Of a stretch of 64,000 nt of DNA, positions 29,228 to 45,357 are shown piece after piece; the first letter of the stretch is position 1, and each line of letters starts with the position of its first letter. The stretch is taken from the NCBI RefSeq assembly GCF_009914755.1, contig NC_060925.1; one strand, given 5' to 3'. Source of the stretch: the human T2T-CHM13v2.0 reference genome, Homo sapiens. Below the pieces are notes generated by a model. It was given only the letters and a program-made list of their open reading frames with translations. It was not told the DNA's origin and did no database searches. A program made the translations under genes and the position numbers.

Positions 29228-29367
29228 TTTTTTTTAATTAATTAATTTATTATTATTATACTTTAAGTTTTAGGGTACATGTGCACAATGTGCAGGTTAG
29301 TTACATATGTATACATGTGCCATGCCGGTGCGCTGCACCCACTAACTCGTCATCTAGCATTAGGTAT
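29228..29367 (-). mobile_element. Very short young L1PA2/PA3-like 3' end
   Basis: The reverse strand reads ATACCTAATGCTAGATGACGAGTTAGTGGGTGCAGCGCACC...CCCTAAAACTTAAAGTATAATAATAA with CpGs intact. Confidence 0.92.
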
Positions 29368-29489
29368 TTGCATATATTCAGTTATGTTTAATTTGGATTC
29401 ATACCAAATATTTTATTTTGTAACTTGCTTTTTTTCATTTAAAATATATCATGAGCATTGGACTGCATTGTCATATATTGAAGCATTAC

Positions 29490-29799
29490 TTTTTTTTTTT
29501 TTTTTGAGATAGGATCTCATTCTGTTCCCCATGCTGGAGTGCAGTGGTGCGATCATGGCTCACTGTAGCTTCGACCTCCCTGGCTTAGGTGATCCTCCCT
29601 CTTCAACCTCCCAGGTAGCTAAGACTATAGGTGTGCACCACAACGCCCAGCTAATTTTTTGTATTTTTAAAATACAGACAGCATTTTACCCATCTCTACA
29701 AAAAATAGAGATGGTCTCGGACTCCTGGGCTTAAGCGATCCACCCATCTCAGCTTCTCAAAAGTGCTGGAATTACAGGTGTGAGCCACCATACCTGGCC
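29490..29799 (-). mobile_element. AluJ with an internal micro-rearrangement
   Basis: Dimer with TSD cattactttt. Anomalous segment at 29660-29714. Confidence 0.92.
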
Positions 29800-30199
29800 A
29801 AAACATTACTTTTAATGATGTTGCTTAGTGAAAGGGTTTGTGTGTCTTTGAAGTCTACAGTAAAAGTATTTTTCTAATATGAATTTATTGGAAACACTAT
29901 CAGTATAACAATCACATTATTTAAAATGTCATTTTTGCACGTTTAAGACAAGCGTTTATTTAGCACTATGCTAGGTATTTTGGAGGATACAGAGACACAC
30001 AAAACATAATTTCTGACTTCACACATGCTTAAGATCCAGTGAGGGAAGCAGACACGTACCCACTGTTCTGTGGCAAGAACCAATGGGGAGGAGAGATGAA
30101 AAGATGACCTTCTTAGTGTGGACTCCAGAGTTCTGCCCACGTCTTGTTTTCAGAGCAGGTGGACAAGCGGTCAATGTGCAGGTCTTTTGCTTTAACCTT

Positions 30200-30247
30200 A
30201 TTTATGTGTACACAGCACTGTAGATTTATGTGTACACAGCACTGTAG
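30200..30247. repeat. Perfect 24-bp tandem duplication
   Basis: atttatgtgtacacagcactgtag x2. Confidence 0.95.
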
Positions 30248-31800
30248 AGCACTAGTTAGAGTAGACACAAAACTGAAACCACTAGATAAAACAATTGGGT
30301 GTGGAGGTTAGAAGGGTAGAGCTGGGTGTTGACAGACTGGTGTAGTTGCCTCAGAAGTGAGAATATAGATATAGATGCAATAGCATTTTCCTCTGGGGCA
30401 CCACCTCTTTTTCTTTACATCTCAGATCCCTGGCCATGTGTCTGACAGTTTTTTAGAGAAATGATTGTTATTTGTAAATACATCATACACAGAAACACTT
30501 GCTTTTTTAAGCAAATAAAAATCATAAAAACAAAAAAAAGTCCACAGCATGATGGGTTTTAGTTATACATAATTTGAATATAAGGGAGCAATTTTGATGC
30601 TGCATTAATGTGGAATTCTACATGTGATAAACAGTGTTAGACTTTTAGAATATATATTTTTAGTTTGGTAGAGCTCATGGATTTTCCAGATGTATAGGCT
30701 GCTTAAGCCAAAGAGTTCTTTCTCTAGCTATGATTATAATTCTTCTGATTATAAATGCATTAAAAAATAATAAAGGAAGGATGAAGTGGAGGAATGTAAG
30801 AAATAAGAAGGAAGGGGAGAGAGAAAAGAAAACCTTTCTGGGCATGTGTAAGGAAACCAGCAGGCTTGACCTTCAAATGCCAGTGATATGTAGGACCCAG
30901 GGCAACAGATGAAATCTGACCAATACATTTGTGATGGCCCCTTCCAGGAACCTATGGAAAGTGGACACTCCCATTTTAATGTTTACTATTGCCATAATTC
31001 GTAATATAGATGAAGAATGTGACCTTTGTTAGCAGGAGCCTTTCTTGTGACTGCTGAGGTGGTGGCTCTATTATGTAGAATATAATAACATTGCTTCATT
31101 GCTTTAGTCTGTTTCTTCAAACTGTAACTTGAAAAACTGACTAGTTTTAAAAATGGAAATGGCTCAAGAGACTCCAGAGTATTTAATGCTTTTCACACTT
31201 GGGACTGGAGAGGAATTTAATTATATAAATTATTTTAAAAATCCATTAAGTTCCTGCTTGCCTGTAACGAGCGTGGCATACTTAGAGAAATGTGTAGATA
31301 TAAACCTTCTGAGTTTAAAACCTTGGATATATTCTTTTAAGTAGGAGACAGACTAGAAATAATGAGAAAGCATTTGAACACAGATGTGGAATATAGAGGT
31401 GACCAGAAAGAATATGTTGATAGTTGTTAGCTTATGGGAATTGCAAAGGGTTTTAGTGTCAGACCTGAGTTAGTGGATGTTCTTTTAAATTATTGTTACA
31501 AGGTTCTGCGTAACCTACTGGTCTATGGAACTCTTATCTCAGATTGTGTGGACTCTTCCTCACTTTCTAAGAGCCAGCAACACTGGATTTCTCTCAGTTC
31601 CTCTAACCACTGTGTTCTTCCCCAGCTCAAGTAAGTGCTGTCGCATGTCTTGTTTCCTCTACCAACATTTCCCCCACTGCCCTTTTTGCCTTGCTGGCTC
31701 CTATTTATCTTTCAGATTTCAGCTACAATGGCACTTAGTGAAGTCTTCCCATAACTCCCAGATTTAGGATCTAAGTTGTAAATTCCCACAATACTCTGTA

Positions 31801-32192
31801 CAGTAGTCCCCCCCTCCTTATTCTTGGGGGATATGTCCCAAGACCCCCCAGTGGATGCCGGAAACCATGGATTGTACCAGATCCTACATATACTATGTTT
31901 TTTGATCTAATAACCCAGACAGCTACTAAGATAGCTACTGAGTAACTAATGTGTGGGTAGCATGTATGGCATGGATATAGAGATGATACAGCAGGACAAA
32001 GGGATGACTCACATCCCAGGCGGGATGGAACAGGACGGTATGGGAGTTCATTGCAGCACTCAGAATGGCATGCAATCTAAAACTCATTAATTGTTTATGT
32101 CTGGAACTTTCCATTTAATACTTTCAGACCAAGGCTGACTGTGGGTAACTGAAACCGTGGAAGACAAAACGTTAGATAAAGAGGAACTCCTG
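31801..32192 (-). mobile_element. MER44-type (TcMar-Tigger) MITE inserted in an L2 fragment
   Basis: TA|CAGTAGTCCCCCC...gaggaactcCTG|TA, i.e. TIR-like ends with TA TSD. Internal ccaagaccccccagtggatgcc. L2-like flanks about 31560-31800 and 32195-32320. Confidence 0.88.
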
Positions 32193-32435
32193 TACTTCTC
32201 TTTTATAATGTTTCCACGTTTGAAATTTCTTCTTCAATGTTTATCTTCCCTGCAAGACTTTAAGTTCCCTTTGGGCTCACTCTCATTCACTGCGTTTAGC
32301 CCTAAGTACCTACTCCTCAGAACTCAGAAATGACTAGACTGTGTCATGGAAAAGTAGGCTGTTATGAAACAGGAAACCTGTACTCTATAAGCTTATGCAA
32401 AAGAAGAAATTCATCAAAAGGGACCATGTCTCTTA

Positions 32436-32505
32436 CACACACAGGTACATACGCGTGTGCACACACACAAACACACAGAGAAAGAGAGAGGGAGAGAGAG
32501 AAAGA
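32436..32505. repeat. Compound (CA)n/(GA)n microsatellite
   Basis: acacacacaaacacacagagaaagagagagggagagagag. Confidence 0.8.
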
Positions 32506-32529
32506 AACAGGGATATTCTAGGACAGCGC

Positions 32530-32725
32530 TTACAATGTTTACAGTGTAGGCTCTGAAGACAGATTGACTGTGTTCACATCCCAGGTCTGTCACTTACTAG
32601 CAGTGTAACCTTGGCCAAGTTACTTGACTTCTCAATACTTTAGCTTCTTACCTATAAAATGGGAATAATAATAACACCTACTTCAAAGGTTATCATGAGG
32701 AGTGAGTTAAAACATATAGCATATA
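32530..32725 (+). mobile_element. MIR
   Basis: ctgtcacttactagcagtgtaaccttggccaagttacttgac...ctataaaatgggaataataata. Confidence 0.85.
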
Positions 32726-33233
32726 CTATAATAAATATAATTAATATGTATATAATAATGATAATAATTCTAAAATAACAGCCCTAGTCATCAGCGTTTC
32801 CATTTCTTGTTCTTGTCTCATTCCTATGCCTCTTCCACAGAAAGAAGTGTTTTTGGCTTTTCCTGCTGTAGACTTGTTATACCCAATGGTGCCAGAAGAT
32901 AATCGATTCAAATGGTTAGCTTAGCCTTATTTTATATTTCAGTCCAGATACCATTTTGTGAATATGTTTTAAAATGTTAATAAATAAAGAACAAAATTTG
33001 ATGAATTGACATATAAACTATAATTAAAACCTACTTTAAAGACTCATAGAGCTTGCTGCTTTAATGAAGAATTGAAGAAATTGATGAAGAATTTATTTTA
33101 GTGTTTTGACTGAGCCAAAATAAAATCAGTTTCATTGTTGAAGAAACACAGTTTAACATAAACTTGTAGATAGACTATTAAAGAGTGCTGTATCAGTTAA
33201 GTGAGCACTGTCTTCTAAAATTTCATGTATTCA

Positions 33234-33593
<360 letters not shown>

Positions 33594-33849
33594 TTATTCT
33601 ATTTTCTAGGTACACACTAAATCTATAAAAACTAAACTAAATCAATAAAAATAAACCATGGCCTTGGCCTTTAGATAGCTGACAATTTAGGTTTAACAAT
33701 GTATATGGTATTTTTGAACAGCTTTTGTGTCATAGAATGAATATGTTTTACTATGAAATGTATAGATACTGATTATCTAGAAAAGCATTGTAAATACTTT
33801 TATTTTTACAAAGAAGTAGACAGTTTGATTTATTATTTTTTAGGGATCC

Positions 33850-35200
33850 CCTTCCTTGAGCCAGGGAGCCAGTCTGGCATTAGGCTAATCTTACCACTTT
33901 CATGGAGGCTTCCCTTACTGCTATAGATCTCATGAGGTAGAAGAAGTAATAAGAGGGACTGCTATTCTGAGTCCTGGTCTAATGGAAAAGGACTAGTTTG
34001 TAATATTGGTTGTGTGTTGATGTGGTTGTATTGAACAGTTTATTGGGAAAGTCACCAAGTTGTCTTACAGACATCATTGTAAAGAAGAGAACTGAAACAT
34101 GGTTATGCCCATCCTTTGCCTTTAAGGAAAACAGATATTTGCAAGATTATAGCATCTATGGCTGTGATTTCAAGGCTAGAGAGTTCTAAAAGAAAAATTA
34201 TTAGAAGAAATTCTTATAGGTGTACAAAATGCCCTGAACAGCTCAGGTTTCTTAAAGGATGTGCATGATTAATAGATGAAAGGAGCACATAATCATCACA
34301 CAGTTATACAGTGCTAAGACTTTAAGAAATAAACATTTAAGAATTTTCTCTTCAAAGGCCAAAATTTAAAAGGAACTAAGATGCCTCAGAGTGCACAAAG
34401 AGCTTTTAAGGTTGTGTTTGGAGCAAGAGCAACAAGAGGGAAGAGATAGCTCACTGTCTGAAGAAGATATTCTTAATGTCTGTTTACAGGTAAAAATCAG
34501 ACCTATACAATTCTTACTTTGCTTCTATAATCTTGCAATAGCAGAAATCCTTTTCCTATAGTAAAAGGTAAAACAAACAACCTGAAACAGAGGAAATTAA
34601 ACAAACAAACAAAAAATATGAGAAGATGGAGTATCATTCACTTTAAATGAATTTAAATTTTCAATACTGAAATGTATTGCCTCCCAGGAGTTGACGGACT
34701 CAGGTATAATCGTAGGGTTATTGTCACTTTTTTTTTTTTTAACAAAATATAGTTTTTTGTTTGTTTGTTTTGTTTTGTTTTGTTTTTACAAAATCACTGA
34801 GAATATGGGGTAAATACTTGGAGACAAGAGAGAGACAAATGTCCTAGTTTCCAAAAAGGAATAAAGTATATTGCAAAAACCCAAGACCAATTCCCTACTT
34901 TAAACTGTGGTAAAATTTGAAGAGATTGTAAAAAAATGAAATATTGTGTTTAGAAGAGAATGGGATGATCACCATGAATCAATATGAATTTATAAGAATA
35001 AGACATGCCAAAATGACCTCATTTTTTTTTTGCTTTATTTTTAGTTGTATAATTGCTATTGGATTAGAGAATAGTAAAGACATGTTGTATCTTGACTTTC
35101 GCCAAGTGGTTGACAGTGTTTCCTTAACTATCCTTGTGGAAACATGATGAAATTAGATTGTAATTAGATTGATTTACAGCTGCTTGCCTGGCCATTGCCA
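33850..35200 (+). mobile_element. CR1/L3 LINE relic (RT region)
   Basis: ORF 34944-35147 ends DMLYLDFRQVVDSVSLTILVE, like CR1 RT D.VYLDFSKAFD.V.H.IL. Upstream aaatgtcctagtttccaaaaagg resembles NVVPIFKKG. The 5' boundary is uncertain. Confidence 0.7.
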
Positions 35201-35968
35201 TGCCCGCATGCCCAGCGTTTAGTTAAATAATAGTTACTTTATATACTGGTTCCTCACAGAGAACTGGTGGTGAACATTAATTTGCATATATTCAGAAAGT
35301 ATGGATTTGTAGTTAACGAGTTTTTTTAAGGATTTGTATGTTGAAACTTGAGTTCCTGGATTTATTCATGATTGAGGTTTCTGTTAGGGACTTTTTTGCA
35401 ACCAAGCTGTATTTGTAAGATATATAAATCTGTTTTTAATTTACATATGTAACCTTGACTTATAAATTACTTAGAAGCCAAGGCGTAATATTAGCATTTA
35501 GAGCAAAGTCTGGCTATGTTAAGAATGCTAACGTTATGAAGAATCTTTTCTTTGTTCAGTAACAACTATAGTAAGCTCACTTGGATGTTTTTCATACCCT
35601 TGAAATGTCATTCCTGTGAACTATCCCTAAACAAAAGGCAGATGTTCATATACAAATTGATAATACAGATATATTCAGCAGTGTCTTTCTGAGTTAATGT
35701 GTCTGTTGGCCTTCTGGTAATCCCACAGTCAGCTGCCTGTTCAAGATATTTACATATTTTTTAAAAAAATACAAATTCCCTGGAATCATATCAAAGAGAG
35801 AACCATATATTTTGTTCACTTAGGAAGTTCTTTTGGCAGTCCATGATGGCTGCTACATCCAATATATTTTTTAATTAATTGTTACTTTTAGAGAATGCAA
35901 GTCCATAGTTAACTTATTAAACTTTCATAATTGATATTTCTTTGATGCTTGTAATATTTTGTTTCTAG

Positions 35969-36330
<362 letters not shown>

Positions 36331-36494
36331 AAAATATCACACTTACAAAATTGTCCCTCACACTTTTCTTTACAACTGTTCGTCTCGGTGTTACATCCAG
36401 AATCCCAGTAGAAATGAACGGTGAAAAACAGAGTGCAATTCCAGCCTTGGCCTCTGAGTCTTAAGATCTTGTAGGCCCTTAAAACAAGAATTGA

Positions 36495-36823
<329 letters not shown>

Positions 36824-38189
36824 TTAAGAGACCCATTATGCTGTAATTTATGATTTTATTGTGGCTTTGTCCTTAATTATATCTAATTTAATGGTTGTTA
36901 TTTTATAGATTAAAATGCAATCTGAGTTTTTAGCATTTTATAGTTATCTTTGTACGTTATACCATATCTGACAGTAAAGCTTCAAATTTAAAAAAAAAAG
37001 GAAATCGTGAGTTAATAAAACAAAGTATTGAGTCAGATTGTCTTTTTAAATTATTCATGTATTATCTTTTATCCAAATTAAGTCTTTTTCTGAAAATATG
37101 TTGTATAGCAGATATTTAGATGTCGGAGCCTACATTATGTTGTTTTTAAGTGGGGGAAAAAACAATGATGCATTCTCTGTCCATTCAAAAACCCTAACCA
37201 AACTTCCCCAAATATCACAAAACACCTTTAGACAACTATATAGCGATCTACGAAAACTTTTGTATAACATTTACAAAACATTTGAGACATCTCTTACCTG
37301 ATTTTAAAAATACTTAATGAATTCATTATTTGGTATATTTTTGTTCAATAAGTAATGAGACTATACAGTATTGATTATAAATTAGCATTTTATTCTATCC
37401 GGTGATGAATAGTATACTGTATGATTCTGTATTATACATTTAAAAAATGAAATAATATTATTTTTATCTAAATAAGGCTTGGGTTAGTGGGATCCCTAAA
37501 TGCTTAATAGAAACAACCTCTGGGACCAGAGATTCTTCTGTGTTCATCCTGGTAAATATCTTTCAGGTTTATTAAAATCACAAAGGCTCCCCCTTGCTCA
37601 GCATCTATTTTTAGCAAGACAAAAGAAGGACTTTTTAGGGTTTGTGTTTATTAGTTTAGGATCTGAATATGTTTGCTGAACTTTTGACATACACTGATTT
37701 CCTGCTTATGTTAACACCGTCTTGCATAGGTTATGTTCATTTATACATATGAGAAGAGCAAAAGAGGGAGTTAGAAATGTAATATTGTGGAATAATAGTT
37801 AAAAAAATTAGCTGATCAATAGTATTTGGTTTATCTAAGCTTGTCATAAGTGCGTTGCTCTAAATAAAAGAGTATACTTTAATCAACTGTTCTTATTCAA
37901 TAAAATAATCTATTTTGCCTTAGCATTGATTTTTTCTAATTATCTGAAGCCTTGTCTAATGAACAATGGTTTGGACTGTTTGGAGTTTCATTTTAAGTTC
38001 AACCCTTACTATAAATTCATTGCTATCAGATTTCTGCAATCCTGTTTTTTCTGCTTAATATTTCTTTGAGAGCCCTTATATCTCTCTATTTATTTCCCAT
38101 TTTCCCCACAAATAATAGAAAATTTTTGACTTTCTTAATTATTCACATTGTATCTAGGAGTCAAGCAAGTGGACAGAAAATGCCTGTTC

Positions 38190-38940
38190 AATCTAGTGAT
38201 AGGAAGAGGACCCTAAGGTAGGGCCAGTTTGGCCTTTTCGAAGATCAGAAAGATGGCCAAGAATAGGTGGAGCAGTGTTTGACAGTGGGAAGAGTGACCA
38301 AATTAGGATCAGGGATGGCTGGAGCCAGAACATGTAGGGCCTTCTAGTCCCTGTTCGGGATTTTAGATTTTGTTGCAAGTATAAGATATCTGAGGGGACC
38401 CTAAACAGAGTAGTAATTATCAGATTTATGTTTTAAATCTCACTCTGGCTTCTAAGTGGTGGGCAGCAGGAAGGAGACAAGAATGATGCCGATTAGAAGG
38501 CTGGGACAGAATTCCAGATGAGGAATCAGTGGTGGCTTAGATTAGGGTGGTGGCAAATGAAATGAAGAAAAGTCAAATATGTCTTGGAAGTAGAACCGAC
38601 AAAAGTTGCTAATGTGTTGGATCTGGATGGGTAGAAGTGAAAAGGAGAAATCAAGGATGACTTCTAGATTTCGAGATTGTTTTGCAAGTTGATGGTGCCT
38701 TCTACAATAGGGAAAATGTTGGGGAGGAAACATTGGGGGCAGATGGAATTAAAAGTTCTGTTTTGGCTATCTGAAACTTGAGGTGCTTATTTGACTTCCA
38801 AATATATCTGCAATATATATGCATCAGTTTGATGAGTTTAGAGCTTGGCAGAGGTAGATCAAGGATGGATACATGATATGAATGTGGAAGTTATCATTAT
38901 ATAGATAGTATTTAAAGCCATGGGACTAAATGAAATTACT
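38190..38940 (-). mobile_element. L2
   Basis: gtggtggcttagattagggtggtggc; aaggagaaatcaaggatgacttctagattt; gtatttaaagccatgggact. Confidence 0.8.
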
Positions 38941-39162
38941 CTGAATATTTTTGTCACCTTCTCTGACCTGTACCTTCTCCCTCCCTTACCATGTAAAATT
39001 ATTCCCACATTATATTGCAGGTACATATTTTAATTATAGTACCTATAAATAATTTGGTGTTCTTTTCTTTTTAGTAAAATTCTCTGATTTCTTTATCCTG
39101 TTTATAGCTAACTGGTTTAAGAGTATTCAGTTACTAGCTTCTATATTTAAGTGAACGTCTAA

Positions 39163-39342
<180 letters not shown>

Positions 39343-39433
39343 TAAAAGAACTGAAGCAGAAATGTCCTTTCTTAACTAATTAAACATCTACAGATAGTTT
39401 GATGGAGTATTTCACATGAAATTGTGAAGACTA

Positions 39434-40120
<687 letters not shown>

Positions 40121-40189
40121 GTAGAAAGTAGAAAAACTGGAAGATTCTATATTGTGAGTTTTAAAAAGTGATGACTAGAATTTAAGATT

Positions 40190-40508
<319 letters not shown>

Positions 40509-40754
40509 CTAGATTTTATTCCTGTAAATCAATTTGTAAAGCCTTATGCAGTAAGAAGACTTTTTAGCTCCCAGTGCCTTGCATACCAAGAACAAGTATT
40601 TTATTAGAACTTTATTTTAAAATAATTTTAAAATCTTTCCCTTCCCCAACAAGAAAAAAAAAAAAAAGAAGAAGAAAAAGGAAAGGGACTCTCTCTTACT
40701 TGGAATAATTTCTTTTTTCCCTCCCTCCGTGGCTTCTTCCCTTCCTCCCTTGAC

Positions 40755-40975
40755 TATGTAGTGGCAAAGAGCTAAGTAAAATTGAGTTCAAAATCTTTAC
40801 TCTAGCATCTTACTGGCTACTTTACTTGGGCAAGTTACTTAATGTTCCTGATCCTCAGAAACTCTCTATATAGAATTAGAATAACAAGACTTACCTCATA
40901 TAGCTGTTACTAGGATTTAAAATGAGAGCATATATGTAAACTGCTTGGCCTAGAGAGGCACTCAAGCAGTGTTTG
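40755..40975 (+). mobile_element. MIR
   Basis: acttgggcaagttacttaat...acttacctcatatagctgttactaggattt. Confidence 0.75.
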
Positions 40976-43420
40976 TCCCCTTCCCCCATTCTAACTGGAT
41001 CTCCTCCCTCTCATTTCACCTCGATTCAATCAGTTTTTAAAGTGCACATTTCTCAGCACTATAGGAAAGGGAAAAAAATTTAAAAATAAAGTGGACATCT
41101 GATTCTTGTCCAAAGTCTATAGTTTATCCTTCAAAGATTTCTACTGACAAAGTTCAGACTCCTTAGCATCGCATAAAATATTTTTTGTTTTTTTAATCTG
41201 CCTCCTTATCTATGATTTCCTCCTACAAATCTACCTTGTAGCTGCAGATTGTAACTTCTGCCTTTATTTCAATTTGTATTTGCCTGATGTGTCTTTGTCC
41301 ATCTTGTTATTCTTAAAGTCTCTGAATCTCTGTTTTACAAATAGTTCTAGACTTTACTCAGTAGCCAGTGTGAAACTTCTTAAATTTTTATTGATGTGAT
41401 CAATATCTTTAGCCTCAGTTCTGTCATGGTTTTTATATTTACCATATATAAGCCTTTTGTATGAAAAGCTTTTCACTGTGTAGTCATTTTATTTGATCTC
41501 TTTTTAGGAAGGTTTGTAGGGATCTTTTTTTTAATGGTTACCTTGATACCTTTATATAATAATCTTTGTTCCTCCCTCCCTATTTTTTTGCTTCTGTCTC
41601 TACTATGAGTAATATTAAAATTACTTAGTCATCTCTTCTTTTTCCTTCCTTCTCTCCCATCATCTGACTTGAAGTAATATCTTTTTATTCCTACGAAATA
41701 TAAGGTAATCAGTAAGTGTATCCCACACTTTGCTGTGCTTTTCTCATTCTTACCCTACTTTTTTTGATAGTTGGGCTGTTGTTCTACATTGGCTAAGCAA
41801 ATAGCCATTACATTACTGTACTTTCCTCCTTTATAATTATCATTTATCTTTTATTCTGTGGGTAAATACATATTTAATATAACCACCAATCCTTATGTTG
41901 TTATTTTTCACTAATTGTAGTTGTCTAAAGCTTTTTCTTTACTCGTTTTCCCAGCAAAGGCTCACAGGATCATCTTAGGAGTTTGTTTGTGGCCTTTATA
42001 CTTTGATGTTTGTTTGGATGGATATAAAATTTTTGACTCATTTTCTTTCCTTGACTATCTTAAATATATTAGTCAACTATCTAACTGTTTTTGGCATAAA
42101 GCATTGCTCTTAAAGAGTTTGGTAGCAATCTAATTTTCATTCCTTTGTAAGTAACTTGATATTTTGCCTGCATGGGATGTCTCATTTTTAGTTTCATAGC
42201 TCTAGAGCTTCCTCTTCCCTTGTTAAAACAAGATAATAAAAATATGTACTTGTACTTTCTAAGATAGGTCTTTTTTTTCTACTGCCCTCTGCCACTTTCA
42301 CTTAAGTTTTTCTTTTAATTTTATTGTTCCAGTTTTGCAGTTTCCTCAGTGTGAGGTTTTTATCCTAGAAGGGAGCTAAAATTTATTTTGTTTCATTTCA
42401 CAGGGTCCAAGCAGCTGTAGCCCTTTTAGATCTCAACAGGCCCTCTTAACTTACACAAAAATTGAAGTGTCCAAAGCTCCCTCTAGGAACCTAGACGCAA
42501 TGACACATCAGTAGCAGGTAGCATACTGAAGGGTCACATGTGATCTCTAAATATCATACTTTCCTAAAAAGTTTGAGGTCTCCTTGGAGATAGTTCTGAT
42601 TCTAGGTCTGGTACAAGGAAAGTACAAGATGAGCTTTGGAGCATATAAGTGTATCAGAAAGTATATAGTGCTTAAAACATTATAGAGACATATCAGAAGG
42701 ACATAGAAGCCACCTAGAAGGGGTGCTTGATACTTACTCCAAAAATCTGAAACAATTTGAGCAACAACGTTGAAAAAAGAGGGCACTTCTATTATTGTCA
42801 GATATTGAGCTGTAGGTGGAGCAGGACTATGATCCTTGAGAGAAGAAGAAAGGAGACCACACACAGAGGAATCCTATAATTTCCTCAACTTTCTACTTAG
42901 AGGCACTTTCTGGACCACAGCACAAGGAGGGAGAGTCCAGGCAGAGTACAATGGACTCTGAGTTGAAGGGACAGAAATCTGAGTTCAAGAAGCCTGAGGT
43001 ATCTGGAATTTGCAGGACAGAATGTCACAGAGGAGAGGGCTATGAAGAAAAAGAGCTCAAGCAATCTGTAAAGGCACCCCCTTGACTCTGTGGCTGAATA
43101 CTAAGCTGAGAATATGTAGGACCAGACTCTTCAAGGTTAAACCAAAAAATCTCTCGGAGTTTTAAGTTTAACAATTCCCAGAGCTTACCCAGGGGCCAGG
43201 AGACATTTGAGTTCTAATCAGCTTGGTGGAAGAATCCCATAAGGGTCCTCCCTTACTAGCAGGGCTAAAATAGTCAGATAAAGCTCCTCTAGGCCTGCTT
43301 TAACAAAGCTTAATTAAGCAAGACCCCAAAGGATCAAGTGAATATGCATGCAACTTAACTGCTAGCAAAAAAGGAAGAAAGAAGGAAAGAAGTAAATCAA
43401 CACTCTTTAAAGAAAGATAG

Positions 43421-43759
<339 letters not shown>

Positions 43760-43976
43760 TCAGAGTGTCCAGCATCTAATAAAAAATTACTAGACCTGCA
43801 AAAAGCAGGAAAATGTGACCCATAATCAAAAGAAAAGTCAGCTGATAGAAAAAAGAAACAGAAATGACACATGATGGCATTACTATACCAGGAGTTTTAG
43901 TTATTAGAAATATGCTCAAGGATTTAAAGAACAGTATCAACATAATGAAGAGAAAAATTATATATAAATATTCATA

Positions 43977-43995
43977 TGTGTGTGTGTGTGTGTGT
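43977..43995. repeat. (TG)n microsatellite
   Basis: tgtgtgtgtgtgtgtgtgt. Confidence 0.85.
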
Positions 43996-44536
43996 ATGAA
44001 TGAAGTGGAACCTTAAAAATTCACTGAATGGACTCAACAGGAGATTCAAAACTGGAGAAGAAAAGATCAGTGAACCTGAACACGTAGCAATATAAACTAA
44101 TGAAACTGAAGCATAGAGAAGAAAATGACTGAAAAAGTGAACTTTTTTTTTTTTGAGCAACCAGATGACAATGGGGAGGGGAGAGATTTCTACTTCTGCA
44201 ATGAAGTACCAGTACCATAACTAGTACTAGATTTACCCTTTTGTAATAAAGAACTGGAAATTGGACGAGGAATATGTAACAGCTGTTTTCAGACATTGAA
44301 ATACAGGCAGAACAGGACTATGATGCATTTATATTTACCCATGACAAACTATCAAGCCAAAGTGGAGGAAGGAGAAAAAAAAGAAATAGTGACTGAAATG
44401 TTTCCAAATTTGATGAAAATAATAAGTGCACAGATCTAAGAAGCTCAATAGATCCCAAGCAGAAGAAATGTGAAGAAAACCATATCAAAGGACATCATAA
44501 TTAGATTATAAAAAACCATTGATAAAAAGAAAATGA

Positions 44537-44680
44537 TGCTGGGCATGCTGGCATGTGCCTGTAATCTCAACACAGCAGGAAGCTGAGGTGGGAGGATCAC
44601 TTGAGCCCAGAAGTTCAAATCCAGCCTAGGCAACATGGTGAGACCCCATCTCTAAATAAAGTGAAATAAAATAAAAATTT
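44537..44680 (+). mobile_element. Alu monomer (FLAM-like)
   Basis: Single arm ending gtgagaccccatctctaaataaa. Confidence 0.85.
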
Positions 44681-45357
44681 TTGAAAAAGAAAATGCAAAA
44701 TACAGAAAAAAAAGATAAATTACATGCAAGGGAACAAAGAATGACTGCAGTATCCACAGAAACAGTATAAGCCAGAGTCCATCAAATAACATCTTTAACA
44801 TGCTGCAAGGAAAAAAAAAAACGCCAACCTGGATTTCTATGTACAACAAAAATATCCTTCAAAAATGAAAGAGAAATAAAGAATTTTCAGACAAAAAGTG
44901 AAAGAAGTTTTCAGCAGCAGATATACACTGTAAGAAATATTAAAGATTGGACAAAATGCACAAACAACAAACGAAATGTTAAAGGAAATTCTTCAGGTGG
45001 AAGAGAAATGATATCAGAGCAATAGAACTGAAAGGAAAATAGACAACTTTATAATTACAGTTCAAGATTTCAACATCCCCTTTTAGTAATTAATTTTAAA
45101 ATTAAGTAAAACATCAGTAAGGTAATAGAAAACATGAACAGTATTTTCAACCAGCTTGGCCGAGTTACTATTTATTAGAAGATGCCACCCAACAGCAGCA
45201 GAATACACATGCTTTCCTAGTGCAGATGATACATTTACAAATATAGACCATATTCTGCACCACAAAACAAGAACTGATAGATTTAAGAGGATTTAGACTT
45301 AAATCATATGAAACATGTTATCTAGCCATCATGAAATTAAATTAGAAATTATTAACG

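Noticed and set aside
40630-40750. Purine then pyrimidine tracts as H-DNA
   Set aside because: Low-complexity sequence without a long mirror repeat.
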